From: Escherichia phage vB_EcoM_ESCO47
DNA: 64,000 nucleotides
Strand: one strand, 5' to 3'
Sequence record: OM386662.1
Shown here: positions 11,517-20,970 of the stretch, piece by piece
How positions within the stretch are numbered: position 1 is the first letter of the stretch
Layout: every line of letters starts with the position of its first letter
The notes under the pieces: generated by a model
Told to the model about the DNA's origin: nothing
Database searches by the model: none
Seen by the model: the letters and a program-made list of their open reading frames with translations, nothing else
Program-made: the position numbers and the translations under genes

Positions 11517-13253
11517 TTACCCAATATCAATACGTGAACCGTCGATGGTGTATTGTCCTGAAGCGATGGAACTCATAGTGTTCATTGTTTCAGCCCAGTT
11601 CCCAGCCACAGTCATGTCAACGTTACCATTAACGGTCCATTTAACGTTACCATTAACAGTATAATCATGATTTCCTTCAACCTGAGTTTTAGCGTCACCT
11701 TTAACTAGGATATCGGCATTTCCATCAACAACAATTTTAATATTGCCTTTGACATAAAGTGTCCCATCACCTTCAACTGTTTTTACTTGGTCGCCTCTAA
11801 TAAAAATAGTGTCAGTGCCATCTATTTGATGGAGACGATTTGCCATGTTGTAATAAATTTCATCACAACCAACGTTAACTTTTTTATTACCGGAAACAAG
11901 GAAATTACCATCGCCGTTAGTTATATCGAAAAGGTCTTCAACTGTTTTACGAGTTTTACGTCCAGAAGGTGAAACCTCTTCATATGTTCCTGTTGGATGA
12001 ACTAAACGATACCGTTCTTGGCCAGGAGTATCATCGAATTCTTGGATATGACCACTTTCGGTTTCCATTGTATGAACATACGGATATTCGCCTTTATAAC
12101 TTGATTCCGGCTCTTTAAAAAGAATACGAGAATCAAAAGGAATAGGAGGCCCTGCAGGATCTTCTTCGTCATTAGAATTTGCTTTTACAAGATCAGCACC
12201 TACACCCGGTGATGGTGGAGTTTTAACAGGGACACCATACGATTCTAAGTTGCCTGTTAAAATAATCATTGTTACGCGAGACGCACGTCCTTTTGTTTGT
12301 TGGAACCATAAAGAATCACGTCCGGCTTTATATGCTGTTTTCCAATCACCTGCAGCCATGGCCGTAAGCATAGTATTAAATTTTGCTACACCGCCAACGC
12401 CCATCTGAAAACACATATTTTCTAATGCCATCTGACGAGATCTATTCATTTGAGCATAAACAGGACCCACCTTAGAGTTAGCCTTAATATCACGTTGCAT
12501 TTTAGCAATGTCTTTCTCAAATAAATTTGTAGCTTCTTCAAGTGTAATAGTTCCTGGGTTACCAGTTACTTCACGTCCTATTTGGTCAGAAAGAAGTTTA
12601 TTAATTTTTACCATATCACGAGTCTGTTCCATTGTGATAAGGTGTCCTATACCAATTGTAGGATAACCGAGATGATCCCAATAAACTTTATCACGAAGAC
12701 CTTCATCACGACGTAGCATTTCGGTTATTGTATAATTTGGATCATCGTCAGATGGAATATTGGCAATATCTGTATCATCAGGATTAATACCAACATCTAA
12801 GTTGTTGTCTTGAATAATGTTTGAAGTGGAATAATAACCTGCTTCTCCACCCTGGTTCAAAACGTTTGTGTCATTACCTAATCGACGCGGATACTGTCCT
12901 GTTGGGTCCGAAAATCCTTGAAGTCTATTCGGTTTCTCACGAACTATACCACCGTAAGTGCCTAAAACAATCCCATTTGTTTTCCATTTGTCTAAGAAAT
13001 GACCATATACTCTTGTTCCTTCAACTGGGCCTGTGACGGATCCACCAATACCTGACATAGCGGCAGAAGTTATAGGTTGGATAACTGTCATCCACGGAAG
13101 TTTCTCGGTAGGAATACCTTGAACATCACCTTGGGCTCTTTGCGCAGGATGAAGACCTATAACGCGTACACGTACACGTCCTTGTTTCAACGGGTCCATA
13201 CGATCTTCAACGACACCGACGAACCAATTTAAACTATTACTGATCATTTCCAT
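11517..13253 (-). CDS. 5: Baseplate hub / tail lysozyme gp5
   Basis: 578 aa MEMISNSLNWFVGVVEDRMDPLKQGRVRVRV...; OB-fold, lysozyme and beta-helix (VxGxxxxx repeats) as in T4 gp5. Confidence 0.9.
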   Translation of the reverse strand: MEMISNSLNWFVGVVEDRMDPLKQGRVRVRVIGLHPAQRAQGDVQGIPTEKLPWMTVIQPITSAAMSGIGGSVTGPVEGTRVYGHFLDKWKTNGIVLGTYGGIVREKPNRLQGFSDPTGQYPRRLGNDTNVLNQGGEAGYYSTSNIIQDNNLDVGINPDDTDIANIPSDDDPNYTITEMLRRDEGLRDKVYWDHLGYPTIGIGHLITMEQTRDMVKINKLLSDQIGREVTGNPGTITLEEATNLFEKDIAKMQRDIKANSKVGPVYAQMNRSRQMALENMCFQMGVGGVAKFNTMLTAMAAGDWKTAYKAGRDSLWFQQTKGRASRVTMIILTGNLESYGVPVKTPPSPGVGADLVKANSNDEEDPAGPPIPFDSRILFKEPESSYKGEYPYVHTMETESGHIQEFDDTPGQERYRLVHPTGTYEEVSPSGRKTRKTVEDLFDITNGDGNFLVSGNKKVNVGCDEIYYNMANRLHQIDGTDTIFIRGDQVKTVEGDGTLYVKGNIKIVVDGNADILVKGDAKTQVEGNHDYTVNGNVKWTVNGNVDMTVAGNWAETMNTMSSIASGQYTIDGSRIDIG

Positions 13254-13828
13254 TATGCGATCTCCATCTCACGAATCAAATCGGTAATAAAGGAGTTAAT
13301 ATCTTCTTTTGCCACAATTTTTATTTTACGTAATGCTTCGTTTTCAAGGACTGCCGCTTCATATGTATCAACTGCAGCTAAAGGACCTTTATACTGAGGA
13401 TATCTACGAGCTTTATCGCCCTTGTCATACCAAACTAATGGCTCATCAGGGTAAGAAACTAAATTATAAAATTTCTCACGATTTTCATTTATATGATAAA
13501 GAACTTGGTCTCCACCGGCATTAGCGTATTTTTGAATAGACGCTTGGTACGCCGCTTCTTGGGATGTAATCCAACCATAATACGGGTCGTAATTATCATT
13601 ACACATTAAAAGCACCCAGTACAACTGTGGATTGCCATAGATTTGGTTGGCTAGTTCTTCTGGGCGAGGAGAACCTTTAATATAATACGTACGTAATCTA
13701 TAATTGGCAGCAACGCGTTTAAAGTACTCTTTATAGTTACGAAATATATCAGTCATAGGAATAACAGGCGCATTCTTATCAATAGTTTTAGCACTGTACC
13801 CTATTGGATCAAAAAATGTAAAGAGCAT
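13253..13828 (-). CDS. 53: Baseplate wedge protein gp53
   Basis: 191 aa MLFTFFDPIGYSAKT...; T4 gp53-like; GGAGG RBS; divergent late promoter. Confidence 0.85.
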   Translation of the reverse strand: MLFTFFDPIGYSAKTIDKNAPVIPMTDIFRNYKEYFKRVAANYRLRTYYIKGSPRPEELANQIYGNPQLYWVLLMCNDNYDPYYGWITSQEAAYQASIQKYANAGGDQVLYHINENREKFYNLVSYPDEPLVWYDKGDKARRYPQYKGPLAAVDTYEAAVLENEALRKIKIVAKEDINSFITDLIREMEIA

Positions 13829-13850
13829 GGCTCCTCCAAGTATAAATTGG

Positions 13851-13858
13851 TATAAATA
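13851..13858 (+). promoter_or_regulatory. T4 late promoter (gene 4)
   Basis: TATAAATA about 27 nt upstream of gene 4 ATG. Confidence 0.65.
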
Positions 13859-13865
13859 ATAATAC

Positions 13866-13873
13866 TATTTATA
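13866..13873 (-). promoter_or_regulatory. T4 late promoter (gene 53), divergent from gene 4 promoter
   Basis: TATAAATA on minus strand about 38 nt upstream of gene 53 start. Confidence 0.6.
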
Positions 13874-13884
13874 AGGAGAACGCT

Positions 13885-14334
13885 ATGTCTTACTCTGGCA
13901 AATGGGTTCCCACCAATTTAAAAAAATATCGTGGAGATCCCACTAAAATTACATATAGGTCAAACTGGGAGAAATTTTTCTTCAATTATTGTGATAAAAA
14001 CCCTGACATCATTGCTTGGGGAAGTGAAACTGCGGTAATTCCATATTTTAGTAACGCAGACGGTAAGAAACGACGCTACTTCATGGATATATGGATGAAA
14101 GATGCTTCAGGCCAGGAGTTCTTTATAGAAATAAAACCAAAGAAAGAAACTCAACCACCTATTAAGCCTGTAAATCTTACAACTGCAGCAAAGAAACGTT
14201 ATATGAACGAGATCTATGTGTGGTCTGTTAACACAGATAAATGGAAAGCCGCGTCAGCGTTAGCAGAAAAGAAAAATATAAAATTCCGAGTTTTGACTGA
14301 AGATGGATTACGCAAACTTGGATACAAGGGGTAA
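13885..14334 (+). CDS. 4: Head completion protein gp4
   Basis: 149 aa [33 protein letters not shown]... matches recalled T4 gp4; late promoter TATAAATA at 13851. Confidence 0.9.
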   Translation: MSYSGKWVPTNLKKYRGDPTKITYRSNWEKFFFNYCDKNPDIIAWGSETAVIPYFSNADGKKRRYFMDIWMKDASGQEFFIEIKPKKETQPPIKPVNLTTAAKKRYMNEIYVWSVNTDKWKAASALAEKKNIKFRVLTEDGLRKLGYKG

Positions 14335-14336
14335 TA

Positions 14337-15167
14337 ATGAGCATATTCCAACTAGTTACTGAAGGCACACAAGCCCCAAAGGTTGCACAGTCATTAAACG
14401 AAAAGAAATGGGTTGAGATTGGATTAGAATATAAGAAAGCTAAAGAGAAAGGAACCACCGCAAAGCAGTTTGCTGAAGCAAAAGGATTAAAATACTCATC
14501 CTTTACTGCAGCAATGTCTCGTTATGCATCGGCAATTAAACTTGCTCAAAAAATTGAAACACTTGAATCTAAACCTAAAAATAAACTTAGTAAACAAGAC
14601 CGCCAATTGATTATGATAAATTCATTTCGTAGCTCGATTAGAGAAAAAATCCGAAATGAAGGCGCAGCAGTTAATAACAAGTCAGCAAAATGGTTTGCTG
14701 ATACAATTAAAAAGAGTGTTAAAGGTCATAAGGTCGCAAAACCTCAACCTGGTAAAATTTATGCTTACATGTATGACGCAAAACATAAAGACACTCTCCC
14801 TTATTGGGATAAGTATCCTTTAATTATTTATTTAGGGCTAGGTAAACAAGGTTCAACTCCATTGATGTATGGATTGAACTTACACTATATTCCGCCTAAA
14901 GCTCGCCAACAGTTCCTTGAAGAATTGCTGAAGCAATATGCTAGCACGCCTACTATTACTAATAATACTAAGTTGAAAATCGACTGGAGTAAAGTGAAAG
15001 GTTTTAAAGGGACAGACAAGATGATTAAAGCTTATCTCCCTGGTCATATTAGAGGAACACTAATGGAAATAGCTCCTAAAGACTGGGCTAATGTAATTAT
15101 GTTACCTACTCAGAGCTTCCAATCTAAAGGAAAACGTTTCTCTGCTAATACCGTTTGGAAATCATAA
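14337..15167 (+). CDS. 2: DNA end protector protein gp2
   Basis: 276 aa, basic; size and synteny match T4 gp2 (274 aa). Confidence 0.75.
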   Translation: MSIFQLVTEGTQAPKVAQSLNEKKWVEIGLEYKKAKEKGTTAKQFAEAKGLKYSSFTAAMSRYASAIKLAQKIETLESKPKNKLSKQDRQLIMINSFRSSIREKIRNEGAAVNNKSAKWFADTIKKSVKGHKVAKPQPGKIYAYMYDAKHKDTLPYWDKYPLIIYLGLGKQGSTPLMYGLNLHYIPPKARQQFLEELLKQYASTPTITNNTKLKIDWSKVKGFKGTDKMIKAYLPGHIRGTLMEIAPKDWANVIMLPTQSFQSKGKRFSANTVWKS

Positions 15168-15268
15168 TTCTATTCTCTTCCGTTCTTCTGAGTATCTGCT
15201 TAACCGGATTAATGGAAGAGACCTAAAACCATTATACTGTATTTTTACGAAAGCATTTTGAGGTGCTT

Positions 15269-15850
15269 ATGACTCGTCCTACGAGACAGATTTTTAACCA
15301 AGCGAATATAACAAACTTTGTTGTTGATATTCCAGATAATGACCGAGTATCAGGATTCGTCCTTAATGCTCAAGCTGCGCCTCTTCCTGGCGTAAGAATT
15401 CCAATAGTTGACACTGTCACGGGCACTATGGGATTAGGACGTGCGTCTCGCGCTGGCACATCATTTGAATATGACCCATTTATAGTTCGCTTTATCATAG
15501 ATGAAGACATGACGTCCTGGTTGAACATGTATAAATGGATGCTCAGCACTAATAACTATATTACAGGTGAGAATACTGCCCAAGCAGATGGTCCTGAGTT
15601 CGCTACACTACACATCTTGGATAACTCTAAGACAAAAATTGTTTTAACAGCGAACTTTTACAAACCCTGGGTTTCTGATCTATCTGAAATCGAATTTAGC
15701 TATACTGAAGATGCTGATGTTGCAATGGTTTGTACTGCTACTATACACTATGCATATATGACCATTGAAAAGGACGGAGAAATCATCCAGACTCAACAAC
15801 CTAAGGAATACGGTACGCTTTCACGCCCAAGACACCCTTCTCTACGATAA
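15269..15850 (+). CDS. 3: Tail completion / sheath stabiliser protein gp3
   Basis: Start moved to ATG 15269 with GAGG RBS (ORF-track start 15263 is GTG); synteny between 2 and 1. Confidence 0.75.
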   Translation: MTRPTRQIFNQANITNFVVDIPDNDRVSGFVLNAQAAPLPGVRIPIVDTVTGTMGLGRASRAGTSFEYDPFIVRFIIDEDMTSWLNMYKWMLSTNNYITGENTAQADGPEFATLHILDNSKTKIVLTANFYKPWVSDLSEIEFSYTEDADVAMVCTATIHYAYMTIEKDGEIIQTQQPKEYGTLSRPRHPSLR

Positions 15851-15903
15851 TCGCTTTTAGTTCCATATGATATAATTCCTCATAAATTAACTGAGGAAAA
15901 CTT

Positions 15904-16635
15904 ATGGAACTAATCTTCTTAAGTGGTCTCAAACGCAGTGGTAAAGACACTACAGCAGACTACATCAATTCAAACTTTAAATCCATTAAATACCAATTGG
16001 CCGCACCGCTAAAAGACGCTCTAGCTATTGCATGGGCTCGCAAACACGACGAAAATCCGGATGTGTTCATTGAATTAAAATATGAATATTTTGAAGGTGT
16101 CGGGTATGATCGTGAAACACCATTAGACCTTAACAATTTAGACGTTATTGAACTAATGGAAGAAGCTATTACTTATTTGCAAAAGTGTTATTTGCCTATA
16201 GGTGATATTAAAATACTGTCGGCTGGAGACGAATACTCTTATTTAGATGTTAAATCCTACAATGCTCTGCGAGACGTTATAAATAAAATCAACGACACAT
16301 GGTCTATCCGCCGTCTTATGCAAGCCCTCGGTACGGATGTTGTTGTTGATTTATTTGACCGTATGTATTGGGTTAAGCTTTTTGCATTAAACTATATGGA
16401 TTATATTGGAAGTGATTTTGATTACTACGTTGTAACCGATACACGCCAAGTCCATGAAATGGAAACCGCTAGAGCGATGGGTGCTACAGTTATTCACGTA
16501 GTTCGCTCTGGACAGGAATCCAATGATACACATATTACAGAAGCTGGGTTGCCTATTGAAGAAAGCGACCTGGTTATTACAAACGACGGCTCCCTAGAAG
16601 AGCTTTATTCTAAAATTGAAACTATCTTAAGGTAA
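15904..16635 (+). CDS. 1: Deoxynucleoside monophosphate kinase gp1
   Basis: P-loop SGLKRSGKDTTAD; sequence close to recalled T4 gp1. Confidence 0.9.
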   Translation: MELIFLSGLKRSGKDTTADYINSNFKSIKYQLAAPLKDALAIAWARKHDENPDVFIELKYEYFEGVGYDRETPLDLNNLDVIELMEEAITYLQKCYLPIGDIKILSAGDEYSYLDVKSYNALRDVINKINDTWSIRRLMQALGTDVVVDLFDRMYWVKLFALNYMDYIGSDFDYYVVTDTRQVHEMETARAMGATVIHVVRSGQESNDTHITEAGLPIEESDLVITNDGSLEELYSKIETILR

Positions 16636-16639
16636 TAAA

Positions 16640-16870
16640 ATGTCTACTGAAACTATCGAAAAACTGCAGTCCGAAATCGTTACTCTGAAATCTCGTATTC
16701 TTGATACCCAGGACAAAGCTACGGCTATCCAGCAGGAATCTCAGCTTCTTGGTAATGCATTGGCTAAAATTGCTAATCTGGTCGGTATCACCGGTGAATC
16801 TGTTAAAGTTGATGATCTGGTAGAAGCGGTTCGTTCCCTGGTTGAAGATTCTACTGAAGAAGCTGAATAA
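16640..16870 (+). CDS. 57A: Tail fibre assembly chaperone gp57A
   Basis: 76 aa coiled-coil MSTETIEKLQSEIVTLKSRILDTQDKA... like T4 gp57A. Confidence 0.8.
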   Translation: MSTETIEKLQSEIVTLKSRILDTQDKATAIQQESQLLGNALAKIANLVGITGESVKVDDLVEAVRSLVEDSTEEAE

Positions 16871-17326
<456 letters not shown>

Positions 17327-17338
17327 TTTCACAAACCA

Positions 17339-17379
17339 GTTTACAATGTTATAGGGCTATGTTATAGTAGTCCTATCAA
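17339..17379 (+). promoter_or_regulatory. T4-type early promoter
   Basis: GTTTAC -35, ~17 bp, TGnTATAGT extended -10, conserved CCTATCAA start region. Confidence 0.55.
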
Positions 17380-17405
17380 AACAAAACCAAATTAAAGGAA
17401 ATAAA

Positions 17406-17717
17406 ATGAAAACTTATCAAGAATTTATCGCCGAAGCTTCTGCTGCGCCAAAGACATTCATTATTAATACTCAGGTAGGTCTTGACGATGAGTATGCGGA
17501 TGCAATTCTGAAGTCACTTGCTAAGAACGGCGTTGAAGTAATCGCTTCGGACTTTAAGAAAGGGGCTTCCGAGATGTTTATTTCTATAACTAAAGGATCT
17601 AAAGCTAAGATCAAATCATCGTTCGGAGTTGCTCGCACCGATCAAATCGACAGACATGACTTTAAACAAACCGGTGTTAAACGACAGAACACAATTGCAT
17701 CACGTGGAATAAAATAG
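17406..17717 (+). CDS. Internal head protein (IpI-like) with capsid targeting sequence
   Basis: N-terminus MKTYQEFIAEA = T4 internal-protein capsid targeting sequence with LxE prohead-protease site; own early promoter. Confidence 0.7.
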   Translation: MKTYQEFIAEASAAPKTFIINTQVGLDDEYADAILKSLAKNGVEVIASDFKKGASEMFISITKGSKAKIKSSFGVARTDQIDRHDFKQTGVKRQNTIASRGIK

Positions 17718-17730
17718 TTTCACAAACCAT

Positions 17731-17771
17731 GTTTACTTTTAGATGGGGTAGTGATACTATTACCCTATCAA
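17731..17771 (+). promoter_or_regulatory. T4-type early promoter
   Basis: GTTTAC ... TGATACTAT ... CCTATCAA. Confidence 0.55.
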
Positions 17772-17820
17772 AACAAAACATCCAAATGGAAACTAAAATG
17801 AAAACATATCAAGAATTTAT
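17752..17820 (+). repeat. 69-bp direct repeat (promoter, leader and first codons of an internal-protein gene), copy 1
   Basis: Identical to 18095-18163. Confidence 0.8.
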
Positions 17821-18070
17821 CTCCGAATCCAGCCTTAATGAAGAAGTAAAAATTAACAAACCCGTTAAGGCTATTATCGATAATATAAACTATCTTTATA
17901 ACATCGATCTTACAAACTATATATTGATAGGCAATAAACGGAACTTTTTTACATTTGATATCTCGGAACTTGACCAGAATCAAATCAATAATATTGAACG
18001 CTTTGCTAATGACAAAGGGTTACGCCACGAGACAGCCGGCTATAAAAAATATGCAATTTATCTAAAATAA
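17798..18070 (+). CDS. Internal head protein family member (capsid targeting sequence)
   Basis: Start set at MKTYQEFISE (ORF-track start 17729 is upstream); 69-bp leader repeat shared with next gene. Confidence 0.65.
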   Translation: MKTYQEFISESSLNEEVKINKPVKAIIDNINYLYNIDLTNYILIGNKRNFFTFDISELDQNQINNIERFANDKGLRHETAGYKKYAIYLK

Positions 18071-18073
18071 ATT

Positions 18074-18114
18074 GTTTACAACGGGCTCTAGTGGTGATAC
18101 TATTACCCTATCAA
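18074..18114 (+). promoter_or_regulatory. T4-type early promoter
   Basis: GTTTACAACGGGCTCTAGTGGTGATACTATTACCCTATCAA. Confidence 0.55.
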
Positions 18115-18163
18115 AACAAAACATCCAAATGGAAACTAAAATGAAAACATATCAAGAATTTAT
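18095..18163 (+). repeat. 69-bp direct repeat, copy 2
   Basis: Identical to 17752-17820; adjacent 44-bp promoter block 18071-18114 also recurs at 18366-18409. Confidence 0.8.
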
Positions 18164-18365
18164 TGCAGAAGCTAAAAGACATGAAGATGAACTGCCTTTT
18201 GTTTCAAAAACCGTTGTTGGAACATTGGCTGATTTTAAAAAAATTCCTAATGATAAACTTGCTAAATTGGTTGGTTCTATCAGTGAAAAAGGTGGCAAGG
18301 TCACATTTACTGCTCAAGGCACAGCCAATCTTAAAAAACTTTTGAAAGCAGCTGGTGTTGAATAA
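18141..18365 (+). CDS. Internal head protein family member (capsid targeting sequence)
   Basis: Start set at MKTYQEFIAEAKRHEDE; identical promoter/leader repeat as previous gene. Confidence 0.65.
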   Translation: MKTYQEFIAEAKRHEDELPFVSKTVVGTLADFKKIPNDKLAKLVGSISEKGGKVTFTAQGTANLKKLLKAAGVE

Positions 18366-18368
18366 ATT

Positions 18369-18409
18369 GTTTACAACGGGCTCTAGTGGTGATACTATTA
18401 CCCTATCAA
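18369..18409 (+). promoter_or_regulatory. T4-type early promoter
   Basis: Exact repeat of promoter at 18074. Confidence 0.55.
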
Positions 18410-18424
18410 CTTGAGGAGAATAAA

Positions 18425-18610
18425 ATGAAACGTTGTGAATTAATTAGAAATGTTACTGCACTGGTCGCTGTTACTGCTTTTGGTTTTAGCATGTTTGCAG
18501 GATTCATGCTCGATATGCTTTCAACTTCCGAGAATATAATCTCTTTAGTAGTGGCATTTTTAATTGGTTCAATCTCTTTTGTTATGGATAAAATCTCTAA
18601 AGGTGGCTAA
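18425..18610 (+). CDS. Small hydrophobic membrane protein
   Basis: Start at MKRCEL with GAGGAG RBS; two predicted TM segments. Confidence 0.5.
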   Translation: MKRCELIRNVTALVAVTAFGFSMFAGFMLDMLSTSENIISLVVAFLIGSISFVMDKISKGG

Positions 18611-19017
18611 TGAACGTTGAATATTATGTATATGCGGATTATGAAAATAACCCGTCTAAAGATGAAGATAACCGTTTAGGCGTTGATCCTTTTGATTCTC
18701 CTGGTGCAGCTTGGCAATGGATTGAAAGCACTGATATTCCATATCGCTATATTGAAGTTGTTGACCAGGTTGGTAATAAGTATCCTAAGGAAGCATACGT
18801 CCCTTCAGGTAAGGTGAATTTTCTTTTGTTCGCCGGTGATAACTATTATCCACGTGGCGGCTATACCGATTTAATCGCTAAAGCATTTTCTGAAGACACA
18901 TTACGTGAAATCATTAAAGAAAACGAGAATAAGCCGCGATACGGTTCTGATCGTTTCGACTGGTGGCAGATTGTTAATGCCATCACCCATACTATTGTTG
19001 ATGAGGGTCAAGCATGA
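18610..19017 (+). CDS. Hypothetical protein
   Basis: 135-aa ORF, TAATG coupling to upstream gene; no recognisable domain. Confidence 0.5.
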   Translation: MNVEYYVYADYENNPSKDEDNRLGVDPFDSPGAAWQWIESTDIPYRYIEVVDQVGNKYPKEAYVPSGKVNFLLFAGDNYYPRGGYTDLIAKAFSEDTLREIIKENENKPRYGSDRFDWWQIVNAITHTIVDEGQA

Positions 19018-19298
19018 TTCTTTATGCTAAAGTATCATCCATTGAAAATGGATATAAAGGCGACCAAGATGCAGCAAAACAGTTGATTGATGTCTATGGT
19101 ATTTTAACATGTTTTGAAGTTGAAAAGGTTTATATCGACCGTTCATCTTCACAAGTCAAATTGATTTGGGAAGACCGTAAATTCAACACGGTTAATTTTG
19201 ATTTCTTTATTGAAACTGAATCAGGCCCAGTTGAATACGACATCTTCAAGAATCCTTTAGGACTGGATTGCATTCAGAACACATACACAATATGGTGA
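19014..19298 (+). CDS. Hypothetical protein
   Basis: 94-aa ORF, ATGA-coupled; no recognisable domain. Confidence 0.45.
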   Translation: MILYAKVSSIENGYKGDQDAAKQLIDVYGILTCFEVEKVYIDRSSSQVKLIWEDRKFNTVNFDFFIETESGPVEYDIFKNPLGLDCIQNTYTIW

Positions 19299-19330
19299 GA
19301 AATTGTTTTACTGACAGTAAAAATGATTAA

Positions 19331-19357
19331 TTTGCTTTAAGAATTATGTGTTATTAT
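19331..19357 (+). promoter_or_regulatory. MotA-dependent middle promoter candidate (upstream of tRNA cluster)
   Basis: MotA box TTTGCTTTA, 12 bp, -10 TATTAT. Confidence 0.45.
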
Positions 19358-19418
19358 TAATAAGTACCCTCTATTACCAAAGGTTCTTCCCTCAAAGAGC
19401 CTTTCATAATAGAATTAT

Positions 19419-19493
19419 GGCCCTTTAGCTCAATGGGAGAGCTGTCAGCTCATAACTGATAGGTAGCTGGATCGAAACCAGCAAGGGTCACCA
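19419..19493 (+). tRNA. tRNA with CAU anticodon (Met or lysidine-modified Ile)
   Basis: Manual cloverleaf: acceptor GGCCCTT/AAGGGTC, D-arm GCTC..GAGC, anticodon loop CTCATAA, T-stem GCTGG/CCAGC, 3' CCA encoded. Confidence 0.75.
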
Positions 19494-19497
19494 ATTT

Positions 19498-19569
19498 GGA
19501 TGCATAGCTCAGTGGTAGAGCAGTTGACTGTTAATCAATTGGTCCATGGTTCGAATCCATGTGTGTCCG
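19498..19569 (+). tRNA. tRNA-Asn (GUU anticodon)
   Basis: Manual cloverleaf: D-loop AGTGGTA, anticodon loop CTGTTAA, T-arm CATGG-TTCGAAT-CCATG; acceptor with G-U pairs; no encoded CCA. Confidence 0.7.
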
Positions 19570-19576
19570 CAAATTA

Positions 19577-19652
19577 CGAGGCATAGCTCAGAAGGAAGAG
19601 CAAGGACCTTCTAAGTCCTAGGTCGTAGGTTCGATCCCTACTGTCTCGACCA
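19577..19652 (+). tRNA. tRNA-Arg (UCU anticodon)
   Basis: Manual cloverleaf: acceptor CGAGGCA/TGTCTCG, anticodon loop CTTCTAA, T-loop TTCGATC, CCA encoded; T4 also carries tRNA-Arg(UCU). Confidence 0.75.
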
Positions 19653-19813
19653 AACAAGAAACCGGGTCGCTACCGGCAAGTCGTCGGACTGATGTTCCCT
19701 GTTTAAGGACTGGCATTAACAAATCTTTATGTTTTGTTAATGCCCCCTTACATCACAACAGAAACGGCGCATTGAACACTTACCTAGTAGGTGGAAACCC
19801 CGACAAGGTATAT
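19653..19813 (+). ncRNA. Candidate small structured RNA downstream of tRNA cluster
   Basis: Non-coding stretch with perfect 12-bp hairpin (19712-19744) ending at intrinsic terminator; T4 encodes small stable RNAs at the equivalent position. Confidence 0.3.
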
Positions 19814-19842
19814 AGCCCCTTCCGAAAGGTTGGGGCTTTTTT
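19814..19842 (+). terminator. Intrinsic terminator after tRNA/small RNA region
   Basis: AGCCCC-TTCCGAAAGGTT-GGGGCT followed by TTTTTT. Confidence 0.7.
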
Positions 19843-19843
19843 G

Positions 19844-19851
19844 TATAAATA
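19844..19851 (+). promoter_or_regulatory. T4 late promoter
   Basis: TATAAATA immediately after terminator, 36 nt upstream of ORF 19887. Confidence 0.55.
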
Positions 19852-19886
19852 TAGTAAACAATAAACCTACTTTCTAAGGACCATCA

Positions 19887-20507
19887 ATGTATACCTTTAA
19901 TGAATTTTTAGCCGAAACGGAAGTAATCACCGAAGCCGGTGTACGTATGACAAAAGAGAAATGGCAAGCTGCTTACGACGCTATTTCTGGTACAAAAACT
20001 AGTACAGAGTTTTTCAAAAACGTTCAAGCCATGTACGGTATCGACACTTCCAGCCAAAAAGAATATTACAGAGCTTCTAAAGCATTCAAAGATATTGTTA
20101 GTGGTGGTGTTTCTGCTAAATCAGGTTCGCCTAAAGTAAAACCTGCTCCTACCATTCCTAAACCTGCGTCCCCTAAAGCAAAACCTGAGCCTAAGCCGGA
20201 AGTAAAAGCAACTCCTAAAGCTCCTGCTCTTAAGTTTGATACTTCTAGCCTGGAAAAAAAATATAAACAACTATCTTCGCTTGTTCGTGATATTGAATCT
20301 GATACATCTTCACTCGTTCGTGAATTCAATAGTCTTCGTAATGGCCAACATATCAACAACCTTGATACCCCAGACCTTTATCGTCTTTATTTGACTATCG
20401 AAGGTTTGAAGTACACTCAACCACTTCATGATGAGATTAAAGAAAAACTTCGTCAAGCAGGTCGTTTGGCTGCTGACGCTGCTCAGTATGCAAAAACTCG
20501 TAAGTAA
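19887..20507 (+). CDS. Hypothetical protein with CTS-like N-terminus and Pro/Lys-rich linker
   Basis: MYTFNEFLAETE resembles the capsid targeting sequence; KPAPTIPKPASPKAKPEPKPE linker; late promoter TATAAATA upstream. Confidence 0.55.
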   Translation: MYTFNEFLAETEVITEAGVRMTKEKWQAAYDAISGTKTSTEFFKNVQAMYGIDTSSQKEYYRASKAFKDIVSGGVSAKSGSPKVKPAPTIPKPASPKAKPEPKPEVKATPKAPALKFDTSSLEKKYKQLSSLVRDIESDTSSLVREFNSLRNGQHINNLDTPDLYRLYLTIEGLKYTQPLHDEIKEKLRQAGRLAADAAQYAKTRK

Positions 20508-20510
20508 AGA

Positions 20511-20530
20511 ATGGGGACTTCGGTCCCCAT
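20511..20530 (+). other. C(UUCG)G tetraloop RNA hairpin
   Basis: ATGGGGAC-TTCG-GTCCCCAT directly after stop codon of ORF 19887-20507. Confidence 0.6.
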
Positions 20531-20568
20531 TAGGGGTCTATAACTTACTGAAAAAGTTGTTTACTTCT

Positions 20569-20608
20569 TCCCTAGATGTGTTACTATAGACCTATCAACA
20601 ACATGAGG
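20569..20608 (+). promoter_or_regulatory. T4-type early promoter
   Basis: GTTTAC ... TGTTACTAT ... CCTATCAA. Confidence 0.55.
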
Positions 20609-20616
20609 AGAATATT

Positions 20617-20922
20617 ATGAGTCTTTACACTGAACTGAATAAAAAAACTGAAGAATCTGCTGAAACTATTTTTAAAAACGTGCAAAAGCGTATTTTAGAA
20701 AAGATGTATAACGCTGCAGCTAAAGGTGAAAAATCTTGTCGGTTTCCGATGAGGTGTTCTTCTGATTTATGCGCAAATACTATTGAATGGTTGGAAAGTG
20801 AAGGTCTTACGGTAGAGAAAAACCCGGCGACTTCTATTGATGGCGAATCATATATTAGTATTTCTTGGGATAAACCACGTATGAATGAAGGACACTACAA
20901 GTTGTTAAGTTGGAAAAATTAA
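20617..20922 (+). CDS. Hypothetical protein
   Basis: 101-aa ORF with GAGGAG RBS and own early promoter. Confidence 0.5.
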   Translation: MSLYTELNKKTEESAETIFKNVQKRILEKMYNAAAKGEKSCRFPMRCSSDLCANTIEWLESEGLTVEKNPATSIDGESYISISWDKPRMNEGHYKLLSWKN

Positions 20923-20931
20923 AAATAATGA

Positions 20932-20970
20932 TGTATAAACACCAATGATGGTGATACTATAGACTTATCA
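20932..20970 (+). promoter_or_regulatory. T4-type early promoter (variant -35)
   Basis: GTATAAAC ... TGATACTAT ... CTTATCAA. Confidence 0.4.

Noticed and set aside
16278-16285. TATAAATA late-promoter box inside gene 1 coding sequence
   Set aside because: Lies within an open reading frame with no obvious downstream target; may be chance occurrence in AT-rich DNA
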